Source: Negaprion brevirostris
Lineage: Eukaryota
DNA length: 64,000 nt
Assembly (NCBI GenBank): GCA_030324005.1
Contig: JARDVH010000059.1
Span: 76,044,092-76,108,091 of the forward strand
Reading direction: 5' to 3'
Positions 50,990 through 63,153 of the stretch are shown one piece after another. The position numbers were made by a program, and so were the translations under genes. Below the pieces are notes generated by a model, which saw only the letters and a list, made by a program, of their open reading frames with translations, was not told where the DNA came from and did not search any database. Within the stretch, counting starts at the first letter, position 1. Every line of letters begins with the position of its first letter.

Positions 50990-51475
50990 CTACAGAGGAA
51001 CAAAAAGGAAATCACAGAAGATGCAGGAGCAACAAAAATGAGCAGGAACATTTAAAAAAGACAAACAAAAAGAAAATTATTAGTTAATGCATCCCACAGT
51101 ATTTGTTCTTCCAAAATTTCAGAGCATCTGCTAACCAGAGATATCTAGCAGCTTGGGATTCAGAAATGCTAAATTACAGGGATCCCACGACAATTTTACA
51201 CATGTATTCGAATTTCTGCAAATTGTTTAAATGCTTTTAAAAATGCTTTCTCCCATAGTATGTTATACAAATTAGCTTTGTTTACTCTGATCATCTAAAT
51301 CACTTGTTTGAATTTATTAAATATTTCTATGCAATAATTTACCTTGTTTGTTTCCTTTGTTGTGCATTTTTCCACTTGTTTATTTCTAGCTCACATTTAA
51401 TCCTGAATTTGCTAACTTGCTCTTTGATTTATATAAAAGCTAATTTTATTTTTCTAATGCCTCTTTGCACCTCAC

Positions 51476-51556
51476 CTTGTTAATCTGCTTCTTTTTCGCC
51501 TTCCTAGTTAATTCAACCAGTAGTGATGGTTTCCTTGTTGGCCTCATTCCAATGGT
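51476..51556 (-). CDS. EPB41L3: Candidate 81-bp cassette exon of EPB41L3 (basic peptide)
   Basis: TTTAAG acceptor and AAG|GTGAGG donor, phase 0-0, open frame TIGMRPTRKPSLLVELTRKAKKKQINK; homology to known isoforms not recognised. Confidence 0.5.
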
Positions 51557-53704
51557 CTTAAACTTATTTGGATACAAGAGATGTAACTATTTTCGAACAA
51601 GTTCAGTTCATACTGGGCATTCTTATCCACACAGAATTCAGAATGTGAAAGGCTTACAGGATACAATGGGAGCATTTAAAATAAAATGCTGCTACTTAAC
51701 AAACATTAGTTGGAAGTATGGAATGTAGAAGATGGAAAAGTCCTAGGGAGTTGGTCAAATTTCATGTGCCTTTTGACTCCGAATCCCAAGTTAATGGAAA
51801 AACTGAAAATTTGAAAAATGTCAAAGAAAACTTTTTTCCTATTACAGCACAGTTCAATTTTACTGAAACAATTGCAGTTAAAAAAGTCAATTTTTTTTGG
51901 AGCAGTGATAAATGCTAAATGTTATCGCACTTTACGTCAGTTTGTTTACGTCTTGGGATATATGATGGACGATTAAAGTTTTCATATAAAACAAAGAAAA
52001 AAGGTTTGCATTCTGTTGGGGGTGAAATCACACTGTTAATAACTGTGGTTTAATATGTTCACATGAAATTATTCTATCCTCTATTTTAACAAGGCAGTAA
52101 CCCATTTAAAGTAATGGACAGGTGGGCAAGTTAGAATTGCCCCAGTAATTCACCCAGCTGATGGGATCTGCAGGATGATCCTGGCAGCCAATCATGTCCC
52201 TGCTTGCTGTAGAGGACCCTCAGAGCTACGAGATTTTCCATCATCTTTTACCCAGAATAGGTGGAAATCAGTGAACATATATTAAAAATCAGGCCTGGGA
52301 ATTAAAATTTCTAGATTTGTGCAGGGGTTTCCAAGCTCTGAGTCATATATCTGTCCAAAATTTACCTGAAGTTAAAATCAGGCCTAATAGTGGTAAAATG
52401 GTGGGTGAATAAATTTAACATTATCATGTTAAACATCTTCTATGTCAGCCACCACAATTAGCACTAAAGACAGATAACTATATCTTGGGAACAAATTGCC
52501 ATTGTGATCCTCACTAAGGAATTTTCTTTATTATACCGATTTGGAAGTACCATCACCAAAGTGATTCAGACAGCAGTTTACTATTCTTTCACAACTGCAT
52601 TGCCCATCCCAAGTTGTAAAGTGCTGCTATACTCTCAAGAAAAGCTTCATGGCAAAAGAAACCTCAACCCTTTAATACCCATAAATAACATCATTCTCTC
52701 ATCAAACCAAAACTGTTTACAACAAAAGGAAATAATATCCCAATTTTGGTCAAACTATATACAGTGGATTTCTAACCCCAATTAAATATGATAATTCCAC
52801 TGAGATATCTGAACTTTTCCTAATTGTTCAAAACAATTTCATTTAGCAGATGACAGTAATACTGCAGAGGTAAGTTGTACAACAGACCTGTTTAGCAAGT
52901 CCATTCAAAGTGAAAGAGTGGTGCCTTAGAGCTGAATTGCAGCACAGTACATTTTTGTGCTCACAATTTGAGATGTGGTATGTTCTCATTCTTGTAGAAT
53001 TAACCCAAAACAGAACTAACACGTGTTTAAATAGAATAATGGAACATGTTTGTATTTGCTCCAGGCTTTGGCTGGCCTCTGCCCAACCCGATTGTACGGT
53101 AGTACAGACAGGAAGCTGGGAATGACACAACTGGCCATTCTCTCAGGCAAAGTTTGTTGTTTGACATAGGAGACTAAAGACAGAGTTTAATATTCTCTTC
53201 TCCAAATCAAATAACAATCTCCTAAAATTAATTTTATATCTGGTTTTGGGATGTATGGAAGGCACAGAAATTGCACAAAATTCCTGTAATAATCTTCCAG
53301 AAACCATTCAATATGCACATGTGAAAAATATTAACCTGATCCAATCAGGCTCCATTCAACAGTAATTTTTGCTTTTAAAAGCAACTAAAAATAAAATATT
53401 ACACTGCAGCAGCTAATGGGTCATTGATAAAATTAGTTAAAAGTTGAGCTTAAAAATTATAAATTATTTGAGGTTTACTCTGAACTTAAGTCTTTAGTTG
53501 AACTTCTCAGGATACAGCATTTGAATTCATTTTAGGGCTTTGATTACATGCATATTGGGTGAACCTTGAAGGTGTGCAGTGGGACACAACTTATTTCAGG
53601 CAACATCTAGTGGTAAGTGGTTTCATGCCAGTTGATCGGAAGGTCAGTTGCTTTGCTGATTATATAGTTGGCGTTCCCTGCTGCCAAGCTAATGATATTA
53701 AATA

Positions 53705-54480
53705 TCATAAGATATAGACGCTGGAGTTGGCCATTCAGTTCATTGAGCCTGCTCTGATTATGGCCTTGATGCCACTTTTCCTGCCTTGCCTATCCCAAAA
53801 CGCTTAGTGCCCTTGTCAATTTAAAATCTGTCAAACTTGGCCTCAAATATATTCAATTTCTCAGCCTCCACTGTTTATTGGGAGAGAGGATTACACAGAC
53901 TAACAACTCTAAGAGAAGAAATTCCCTTTCATCTCGATCTTAAATGGGAAATTCATTTTTAAACCATGGACCCGAGTTCTAGATTCCTCCAAGAGAGGGG
54001 ACACCTTTCCAGCATCAATTATGTAAGGCCACCTGAGAATTAACAAGGTTACCTTTCATTCTTCTAAACTTGGAATGAATATAAGCTCAACCTGCTCTCC
54101 TTTCCTAACAAGACAATCCCTTCATCCCAGGAATCAACCTAATGAACTTTCCCTGAACTGCTTCCAATGTAAGCATCTCCCTGCTCAAGTAAGGAGACAA
54201 AACTGTACACGGTGCTCCAGATGTGATCTCACTAAAGCCCTGTATAGTTGCAGCAAGGCTTCCCTACTTTTATATTCCAACCCACTTGCAATAAAGGCCA
54301 ACATTCCATTTGCCTTCCTAATTACTGGCTGAACCTGGATGCTAGCATTGTTGAACACCCAGATACCCTAGTACTGCAGAATTCTGCAGTCTCACTTTAT
54401 GTAAATAATATTCTGATTTTCTATCTTTCCTGCCACAACCTCTCATTTTCTCCAGATTATATAACATATCCAGGTATTCT
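53705..54480 (-). mobile_element. Decayed CR1 LINE 3' part
   Basis: Minus-strand GMLAFIASGLEYKSREALLQLYRALVRSHLEHRVQF remnant and CR1 tail at about 53705-53760. Confidence 0.85.
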
Positions 54481-54799
54481 CAATCACTAACAATGGATCT
54501 TGACTTCTACATCTGTTATGACTCAAAATAAAATTGAATACAGAAACCACAACTCAAGATAGATCTCAACTCAGAGATTAAGGGAGAATTTTAATGCTAA
54601 AAATGGATGGATTTTGAGTCAAGGTGGGATGGTAAATTATCAAAGATCTGAATCTTGATGCTAGTCCCATTTCAGTTGTAATGGAGACGGGGAACATAGG
54701 GCCAAGTTGGCAATTTAAATACAAAGCTGCGTGACTCGTATTAAATCATCATTTTACATTTAACCCAGGCCATCTGAGTTTCAGGGCCTCCCCATCCCA

Positions 54800-55046
54800 T
54801 CCCCATAATGCCACTCATGTACAATGGCTAATCCACCTACTCTATACACCTTTGGGCACTAACGGACAATTCAGCATGGCCAATCCACCTAACCTGCCCA
54901 TCTTTAGGCTGTGGGAGGAAACTAGAGCACCCTGAGGGAACATACGCACACGGGGAGAATGTGCAAACTCTACTCAGACATTCACCCAAGGCCAGAATCA
55001 AACTGAGGTCCCTGGTGCTGTGAGGCAGCAATGCCACCATGCCACC
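54800..55046 (-). mobile_element. Diverged V-SINE
   Basis: GGGTGGCATGGTGGCATTGCTGCCTCACAGCACCAGGGACC head and V core. Confidence 0.8.
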
Positions 55047-55542
55047 CTTGGACTCCAACTTCTCCTGGCCCCAACCTCCCCAGTGTTGCCTTGCTCCATT
55101 ATTCCCTGCTCCAGAGTCTAGCTTCCTCCACCAGCCCTTGGCCTCCTTGATTTTTCCTGGCTTGTTTCTGCTTCCAGGCCACGGCCTACCTGCTCAATAT
55201 TCAGCCGCTTTTCAATCAGGCTGGCTGCAGTTGGGAAAGAGATCCAAATCTTTATCAAGTCCTGCCATTAAGATTGACGGAACTTTTGGAAACTCCATTA
55301 TTTCTAGTTCCTGAATCCAAGCAATAACGCACACAATCACTTCACGCTTCTCCCACACCCGCAATACCTCTGAGTTAATAGTATCCAGCTCTAAGTCTTA
55401 GCTGACAAGATTTATACTTGAGTTTCCCTTTGCATGCAAGTTTGTCAGCCTCAATCGAGTCATAAGGGGGACAGGAGAATCCATTCTTCCTAAATTGTGC
55501 CTCTTGATGAGTCAACGGATGAACTCTATTGTTCTTCTGTAG

Positions 55543-56098
55543 CTAAGGTTGGCAACCTTTCAGAAATGGCATGCTAAGTCTTGGTTCATTCACAGTAATT
55601 TAAGGGTTGGTGTACCAGTAATATAGTTTTAACATTTATAAAGTCTGTATATTTAATTAAACTATTGTATAAAGTAAATAAGGTCTTTAAAAATGCTTCA
55701 GAAGATTAATTTAAAATTAAAATGCAGACCTTACTGGCTTAGTGTGATCACTGCACTTGCTTTCCCTTCCTTTCTTAGGAGCTGACATTGTCAACTGTAT
55801 GCCTCGATTTATAGTAAAAAACAGATTTTTGACCCACTAAGGCAAATGCAACGTGCTATNNNNNNNNNNACGTGCTATTCTGCATCACATCATACCAAAT
55901 GTAAGCATCAAATTTGATATTAAAAACATCCCAGAACTGAATAAAACAAACATTTACTGTTTAAATTCTACACATCTTTTAATAAATGTAACACATTTTC
56001 TCGGGATAAGTAAACGACAAAATATTTTTGTGTGACTGCCCCTCAAAATTATCTCATGTTCCACTTTTGGCATGCATACCACAGATTGCCAACCCCAT
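55543..56098 (+). mobile_element. Non-autonomous hAT/Charlie-type DNA transposon
   Basis: Degenerate TIRs CTAAGGTTGGCAACC ... GATTGCCAACCCCAT, subterminal GGCATGC motifs at both ends, AT-rich interior. Confidence 0.65.
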
Positions 56099-58653
56099 CT
56101 CCACTGAGGAACCTGCAGGCTGTATAATCAAGCTTCTGAAGCAAATGCAGAATAAATCATTGGACGTGATAAAAACAATTGAGGTGGTGACAAGACAGAA
56201 AGGTTTTTGAAGCATGGTTATGAATAAATTCAATGATTTCAGGAGTCTGAACTGGCTAATCTATTTATAATCAGGCTTCATCCCTCTAAGACTTTTTGTG
56301 CTTCTGAGTTACAGATCTATGCACAGAAACACACAGGGTGAAAACTGCCTTTGGCAGTCTCACAAAATGGTGGCTCACACACCGACAGCCCATTTTCCGC
56401 TCCATCTGACTTTGTTCTGTCAATGGCAAAAAAACGACTGGGCTGTCAATGCAGTATTGACTATTCTACTCTGATGCCAAGGATGAATTCACCTCTATGG
56501 ACTATTAAAAGTGGACTGAAAATTGGACACATTCCATGATGCGCATACAACCTTCAAACCCTGTTTTCCTTTACGCTTCCCATCCTGATGATTATTTATG
56601 TCCAAAAAGAAAAGAATAATTTGTCCTTAGATCTGTGACACAATTCTCACATTTAACTAATAAAAGTTAAGCTCTAACTGATGTCTTTTTTTTTTTAGAA
56701 ATTAAGTTTTTTTTACTTCATTCTGCAGAATTCTAATTTCTATGAAAACACTGCAGTGATCTGGTCTTCACTCAAATACTTCATGAGAAAGTGATGGAAA
56801 ATGGGAGTATTTTAGAAATCACTTCCAGAATTTGAAGTTCCATTTACAATTCCCATGAATTGAAGTAAACTTCGGCAAAATCAAAGTTATTGAAAAAAGC
56901 AATCTCTTCACTGACAGCAAAAGATGTGGCTTACAATAAAATAATTTAGATGCAGCATTGTCAGGGTAAATAGATAACATACATTGTTCTTTCAACATTT
57001 CCAGAACGTTCACAAACTACATATTTTGTTATGCAAGGAAAGTCAAAAATTAGGTATGATATCCCTGAGTTGGAGAAATGTAACTTACTTAGTTACTTTG
57101 ACTATCATGCTAGTTTGTTCCTGCCTACCACTACTTTCCTTCACAGCTACTTTTTAAAAACATTTTTGACATGCTTGGTTGAAATATTATGCACCTGCAT
57201 ATAACTTTTACCTTCCAGAGCCCTTCACTCCTCCATTTCATGCAGTAGACTTTTCCAACCACTCCAAAGCATTTTATCACATCAGCCACTAAATCTGACA
57301 CCAAGCATTTCAGGATACTTCATTTTGAGACCAAAGTACTTCTAGATCAGGTATAGCACACTTTTAATGCATAAATGAAGGCCTTTTAACCCCACGCTAA
57401 TGCTGTGCCTTATACCTCAGGGCAACTGCTTGGCTAGTCCTGCATAACATTTTTTTAAGCTATCCAGTCAGTCTACAGTCCAAGAAAAAACCTTGGCCTT
57501 TTTTAAAAAAACTATAACAATTTTGTGGCATCATTTAATTCTGACCAGAAATTGGATCAAAACTGTCCAATTAGTTAATCTGGGTAACTAGTAGGTAAAT
57601 TTAAAGACTTTCATTTACCCTGCCTAGGTTATAACCAACCACCTGGACAGGTCATAAGAGCTTATCTTACGACCAGAAGAAACTTTATTGGTGAACTGTT
57701 TCCAGCTGTTTTTCTGAGTATCATTCTTGAAAAGTGATCAGCCAAGACACCATTCTTCAGTGCTTAAATGTACCACACTAAGTGAACTTCAGTTACCTGT
57801 AAAGATCAGGCTTCTAAACTAATTGATATTACAAATGCTGTTATCCAATAAACTCAAAGTAGTAACAGCCCCACCATTTAGAATGCAAATTTCCAAACAT
57901 CAATAGTCTCAGTCAAATTCTGAGGTTAGCCAATCATTTCCCTTTCACCGCTGTTGTGGTGACAGCTAAAACTGACTTGAAGCTTCAGCAATAAAATATT
58001 CATCTGCTACCCAAGGAAAGATCCAAAGATTATATAGTCCTATAGGTCTTACATACATGCTTGATGATGGAAATTACTAACAACTATGAAAAAGCAATGC
58101 CCCACAGATTGATCAAAATGTTTGCAGAAAAGTTTCAAATTTCTATTTACCCTTTTAAAGCTAAAAACTGAACATGGCAACAAATCCTGATATTTAACAT
58201 CAGCCTCAAGAAAGACATATAAACATGACAAACTCAAATTATCAGTGGAACAAAAAAAAGGGATTATTAAGCCCACTCTTAGAAATACAAGGTTATAATT
58301 TTTTCCAATAATATCACATTAATATATTGTATCAACAAACCACAGACTAAAAATTAAGGCAATTGGTTCTATTGAATAAATGTTTACTATGCTCATGTCA
58401 AGTACCTCATTTCATTATTTTAATGAAAGCATCAATTAAAAATAGTGTATACCAACATCGCTAACAATTATTTTCACACAAATATCCTGTACTTCTAAGC
58501 AGAAACATGTTTCTTAGTTTGGAACAAACTAGTCAAACTGGTTTCAAATTAACCTATCATAATTTCTAATAATGGCCTACTTTCCTAGGCTTTCAGACGT
58601 ATCGCCTGCCTATTTTGTCAACAGTATATTTTTCTTGCCCCAGAACATACTAC

Positions 58654-58874
58654 CTTTATTTCATGCTTGGCCGGTGTGACTGATGGAGTAACATCAATCT
58701 TTGTTTTTTTCTCCTCTTCCTCTGCTTTCTCCTCTTCTGCCTTTTTCTCTGGTGTCACTGTGGTTATTAGATTGGTTGAGGCTAGGCTTTTGGCAGCACC
58801 ATAATGACCTGTAGCCACTTCAGAAGCTGAAATGGAGTCCTTTATGAGCATCTCATGGTTCTCAGTGACAGATG
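58654..58874 (-). CDS. EPB41L3: EPB41L3 exon, start of U2 region
   Basis: TTTTTAAAG acceptor (phase 1), GTAGTA donor (phase 0); (A)SVTENHEMLIKDSISASEVATGHYGAAKSLASTNLITTVTPEKKAEEE...HEIK. TNLITTVTPEKKAEEE is a 4.1B signature. Confidence 0.95.
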
Positions 58875-59197
58875 CTTTAAAAACACAAAATACAACTCGT
58901 CAGTCAGTGTGTCCAGCTAAGCCCAGTGGATCCAGTAGCACAAAGAGTTCCTACGATTGGCCTAAGGGCCTCTAGACAAAGTGGGAAACCAGACATAGTT
59001 CCTTCCCAAATTTGAGTGACCCCTTTGGAAAGTACTTAATGTATCTGAGCCACTTCAGTGTGATTGCTCTCTTGAAACACAGTGGTAGAGTGGCAGAAGA
59101 ATTATGCATTCAATGAGCTGGTGTCTTCAGGAGATAAAGGGGTGATAAAAAGAGGTTGAAGCTGAAAGTGGAGCTCATTGAGGACTTGGATTGTGAG

Positions 59198-59270
59198 TTT
59201 AAAGTTTATTTATTAGAGTTTAAGTAGGCTTACGTTAAACACTGCAATGAAGTTATTTTGAAAATCCCGT
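59198..59270 (-). mobile_element. Isolated type-B SINE/LINE tail
   Basis: aaagtttatttattag...aagtaggcttacgttaaacactgcaatgaagttattttgaaaatccc is the reverse complement of the type-B tail. Confidence 0.7.
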
Positions 59271-61239
59271 GTTGGGAAAATTATTTAAAATCTTTTGCTA
59301 AAGCCACGGATAAAAAAGAGACACTTGTAGGAAAAGTAGGAGAAACAATTAGAAGTGTGCATTGTGAAGATGAAATTAAGAAAGATGCAAAGCAGCGTGT
59401 GTACAGCACAAGCAAAGACTTGTTGGCCCGAATGGTCTATTTCTGAGTTGTATGTTCAATATAATAAAAAAGGGACAAATCTACAGTGTAGCTATATTAA
59501 CTTGAACCAAACATCACACATTGATCAGAGGTAATAAAGTCAGAAATGTCCTTAAAGCTGCAACCAGTCAGGCCCTGCAACTGCCAAAAGTGAAGCAGAA
59601 ACTTGTTTATGTGAGTTAGACTACTGCCACATTTCTGGCAAAATTAAGCTTTAGAGAACAGAGCTAGAAATTCAAACAAGCTGTTAATTCCCTCAAGAAC
59701 GAGAGTATGATTACTTTATACCATCACCATTTTGAAGGGGGATGAATACCAATGAGATTTAAATTTGCACTGCTAATCCTTCAAGACTGGACACAACAAA
59801 CTGATAGTTCCAAAGTTCATCTTTAGCAGGTCAAGTTAGTCAGGATAGCCAAAATGCCTATGATCCATGAAATCCACATACTCTCATTAATATGGAACCT
59901 GTATGTTTTTGTAAAACATATATATAATTTCAATGATGAACATAAGTATGAGTAAATTGAAGTTTACCACCTCCATTCAATCATTGTTTAAAACAAACAG
60001 AACAGCTAACCCATTTCACATCAGGATTTTTTCAAATCTGTATTAAAGAACCCTATTAACATCCATTTATGTTCTCTATAACTTGCATATTAATGTGATT
60101 TTCATATCCTTAAATAAATCAAAGAGATGAAACAGTCCTTTTCTTTGCTTTTCTACATTGTCACTAACATTTAAAACAGTTTAGTTTAGACGATTACCAT
60201 AATGAGTCTGGGCTGCACACTGCGCACATCCCAAAAAATAAAAAGTCCAAACATTGCAAGAGGGTGGAGTCAGATCATAATTTAGTTCAAAACATTAACA
60301 CACATTTTTAGGAAATTCATCTGATCTTGGTACAGATCACTGCTGGATTAGAAGCAAGTCATAAAACACAAATGGAAGGACTGCTAAAAAGGGCCTAACC
60401 AAAGCAAAAGCAATTATGTTGACATTTCTATCTATATTGTCACAGTCATTGACTGCAGCGAGCAGCTTCAAATCATGAAAAAGAGTCACCCAGGAAGTTT
60501 ATATGTTAGAAGCTAAAATCTAAAACATAAATTACTATGGGCACTTATGCTTGGGAATAAGCCCATGAGCTTGTTCCATTTTTCAATTAGATTACTGGAT
60601 CTGTGCCTCAAATTCATTTGCCTGCGTTTGCAGATAAAGGCCTGACTGATGATTTTAAAAAAAGTCACACTTGCACATTCTTTTATATACTGGAATTTAC
60701 ACAGGCAGGCAGATTTTACTTTCACTGCGTTCATCATCGTTAAGAGAAAGTCCAACATTATGGTGCCGCAAATGTACTTATTCAGCAGCACGTTAAAATG
60801 GGGATATTTAATTATGAAATAGCACTTCAATAAATATTAGCAGTACAAGTGGATCACTCATATAGACAGAGGTGTTTCACTTTAAAGTGCGGACAGTCTT
60901 TTGACTGCAAACGCTAGCCCAATTATCTCTCCTCCCAACTCCTGTTCCATCTGAAGACTAAATGTCTTTGTGACAGTTTCCCAGAGTAATAAGTTGTGGA
61001 GCAAAATACAGGTAAAGCTACTTAGATCTACAATTGTATATGAAGCAGTTTTAATTAGTAATGCCATAGTAAAAGGTCCACTGGGAAATAGTAATCACAA
61101 TACCGTTGGATTCCATGTCAAGTTTGAAAATTATGTGCTTCGATGACAAGCAGGAATCTGAAGCAAAGTCAATTACATAGTTTACAAAGAGATAACTAGC
61201 TCAGGTTGGTCGGGTAAACAGACAAAAAAAGGTAAAAAA

Positions 61240-61878
61240 GTACAAAAAACAGTAAATGAACAGTGGGAGTCATGTAAAGAGACACTGAAAACATTCAACA
61301 AAAATGTAATCCACTGAAAAAACAAAAATGCAGCAAGATAGATCCATCGCTAGCTTAATCAGGAAGTTAAAGATAGCATTATGTTAATAGAGATTTATAA
61401 TGTTGCAAAGAATAGCAGCAAGTCTGATGATTGAGATTATTTTAAAAATCCGAAAAGGGCCAAAGAGTTAATAAAAGTGGGAAAAACAAGTGTAAACCAG
61501 CCAGGAATATAAAAACAGGTTGTCAGAACAATTCCAAGTATATAAAAAGAAAGAGAATAGCTAAAGTAAACATTGCTCCCTTAGAAACAGTAGCGAGAGA
61601 AATCATCATGCAAAGTGAGGAAATGGCAATGGTACTGAACAAATATTTTGCATCCATCTTCAAGAATAGGAAACACAACTTATATATCAGAAAGAGAAAA
61701 CTCAGTGTCTGAAAGAGGAAATTAAGGTGAGTAATATCAGAGAAAAAATATTAAAGAAACTCAAAGAACTAAAGTCTGAAATTCCTGAGACCTGATGGTC
61801 TAACGCTAGGGTTCTAGAAGAGATAGGTGCAGAGGTAGTGCACACACTAGATATAATTTTCCAAAATCCCTTAGATTA
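61240..61878 (+). mobile_element. Decayed CR1 ORF2 middle fragment
   Basis: Remnants EVKDSI, YNVAKNSSKSDD, LNKYFASIF, PDGL..RVLEEIGAEVV..L.IIFQNPLD. Confidence 0.75.
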
Positions 61879-61879
61879 C

Positions 61880-62420
61880 AGGAGGGAGTAGCATAGTGGT
61901 AATGTCACTAGACTAGTAATGCAGAGGTCCACGCTAATACTCTGGAGGCATGGCAGCTGGTGGAATTTGAAATCAGTAAATAAACCTATTTCATTAAATG
62001 TAATAAAACAATTAAAAGCTCATCTAATGGTGACATGTAACCATTGTTCATTATCATATCTTTGTCCAACAATATCCTTTAGCAAGAAAATCTGCTACCT
62101 CATTTATCTTACATGCAACTCCAGACCCACAAATACCCCCCGAAATGGTCTAGCAAGTTGAATTAAACCACTGCAAATTCTAAAAGGAATGAAACCGGAC
62201 AGACTTCCTGGCATCAGTAGCTGAAGTCCTGCCTTCCATCACGTTGTGTGGCACTACTGCAGTGCTAAACGAGACAGATTCCGAACAGATCTAGCAACTC
62301 AAAATTGGGCATTCCTGAGATGTTGTGAGCCATCAGCAGAGTCAAATACAACCACAAGATGCAACTTCAGAACCTGGCATATCCTCAACTCTAACATTAC
62401 CATCAAGCCGGGGAGTCCAT
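61880..62420 (+). mobile_element. tRNA-like-headed retroposon continuing into LINE ORF2-like sequence
   Basis: Head AGCATAGTGGTAATGTCACTAGACTAGTAATGCAGAGG...CAGCTGGTGGAATTTGAA shared with 34525-34910, followed by VWHYCSAKRDRFRTDLATQNW...ITIKPG. Confidence 0.55.
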
Positions 62421-62977
62421 CCTCATTCCCAAAAATCGTGTACATCTATTACTCTGTCCCCCTTTAAAATTCTTTCAACCAAAGTCTGAGTAATCTCTAA
62501 TAAACATTCAAGTGGTTTGGCATTCATCTCTCATTACTCCTTTCTAAATTGCTCTGGAATTTCTTGTCCATCACTGATTCTGTAGCAAGAGATTTTTACG
62601 AACATAGAAACATGATGTGCATGTCCCAAGAAAGAACTTGTAGTGATAAGTTCTGGAAATAAACTTTATTGGAGATGAAAACACATTTAAAATAAATGCT
62701 TTAACACTTTTCTTCAAAGAAAAGCAGAGCGGACTTTCAGACTCGTTAGGTGTTCATAAATTAACATTTTGGTGTAATTTCAGAGACTTCTTCATCTGTT
62801 TATTCTATTGCATACTAAGTGAGGAATTAAGTAGGATTAAAAAGAACCTGATGATCTCTTTCCTGGATTCTGATTGAGATTGCACACTAAGTGAATTAGA
62901 TTTCAGACAAGCAACATGTCTTTGGACAAGGATTCTACTTCACATTGCTTCAGGCTGTAACTCCCCCACTTCCTTAC

Positions 62978-63153
62978 CTCCATCTAAGCTGCGCGACATG
63001 GTGTAGCGTTTGCTGGAAGAACGCTCAAAATATGGTGCTGGGCGGTCGATGAGAGAACTGGCTTTCCGTGTCTGGGCTTGTGTTCTACCACTGTAGCGAA
63101 ATTTTGAACCCAATGTCAAAAATTTTTTTGGAGGCAGCTCAGGTGATGCTAGT
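62978..63153 (-). CDS. EPB41L3: EPB41L3 exon, FERM-adjacent (FA) domain
   Basis: TTTACAG acceptor, GTAAGG donor; translates (R)[58 protein letters not shown], nearly identical to the 4.1B FA domain as I recall it. Upstream FERM exons lie beyond the window. Confidence 0.97.

Noticed and set aside
51343-51385. Second purine-rich segment ending AAG|GTAAAA
   Set aside because: 43 nt, frame-breaking, with no polypyrimidine tract at the nearest AG.
52843-53150. Overlapping 95-aa and 71-aa ORFs in a repeat-free, regulatory-looking stretch
   Set aside because: No recognisable domain or clear splice sites; conservation cannot be judged from this sequence alone.
55851-55878. ACGTGCTAT duplicated around a 10-N gap
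   Set aside because: Most likely a scaffolding overlap artefact.
57210-57295. Exon-like segment ending GAAG|GTAAAA
   Set aside because: Immediate stop in the required phase 0 and no recognisable homology.
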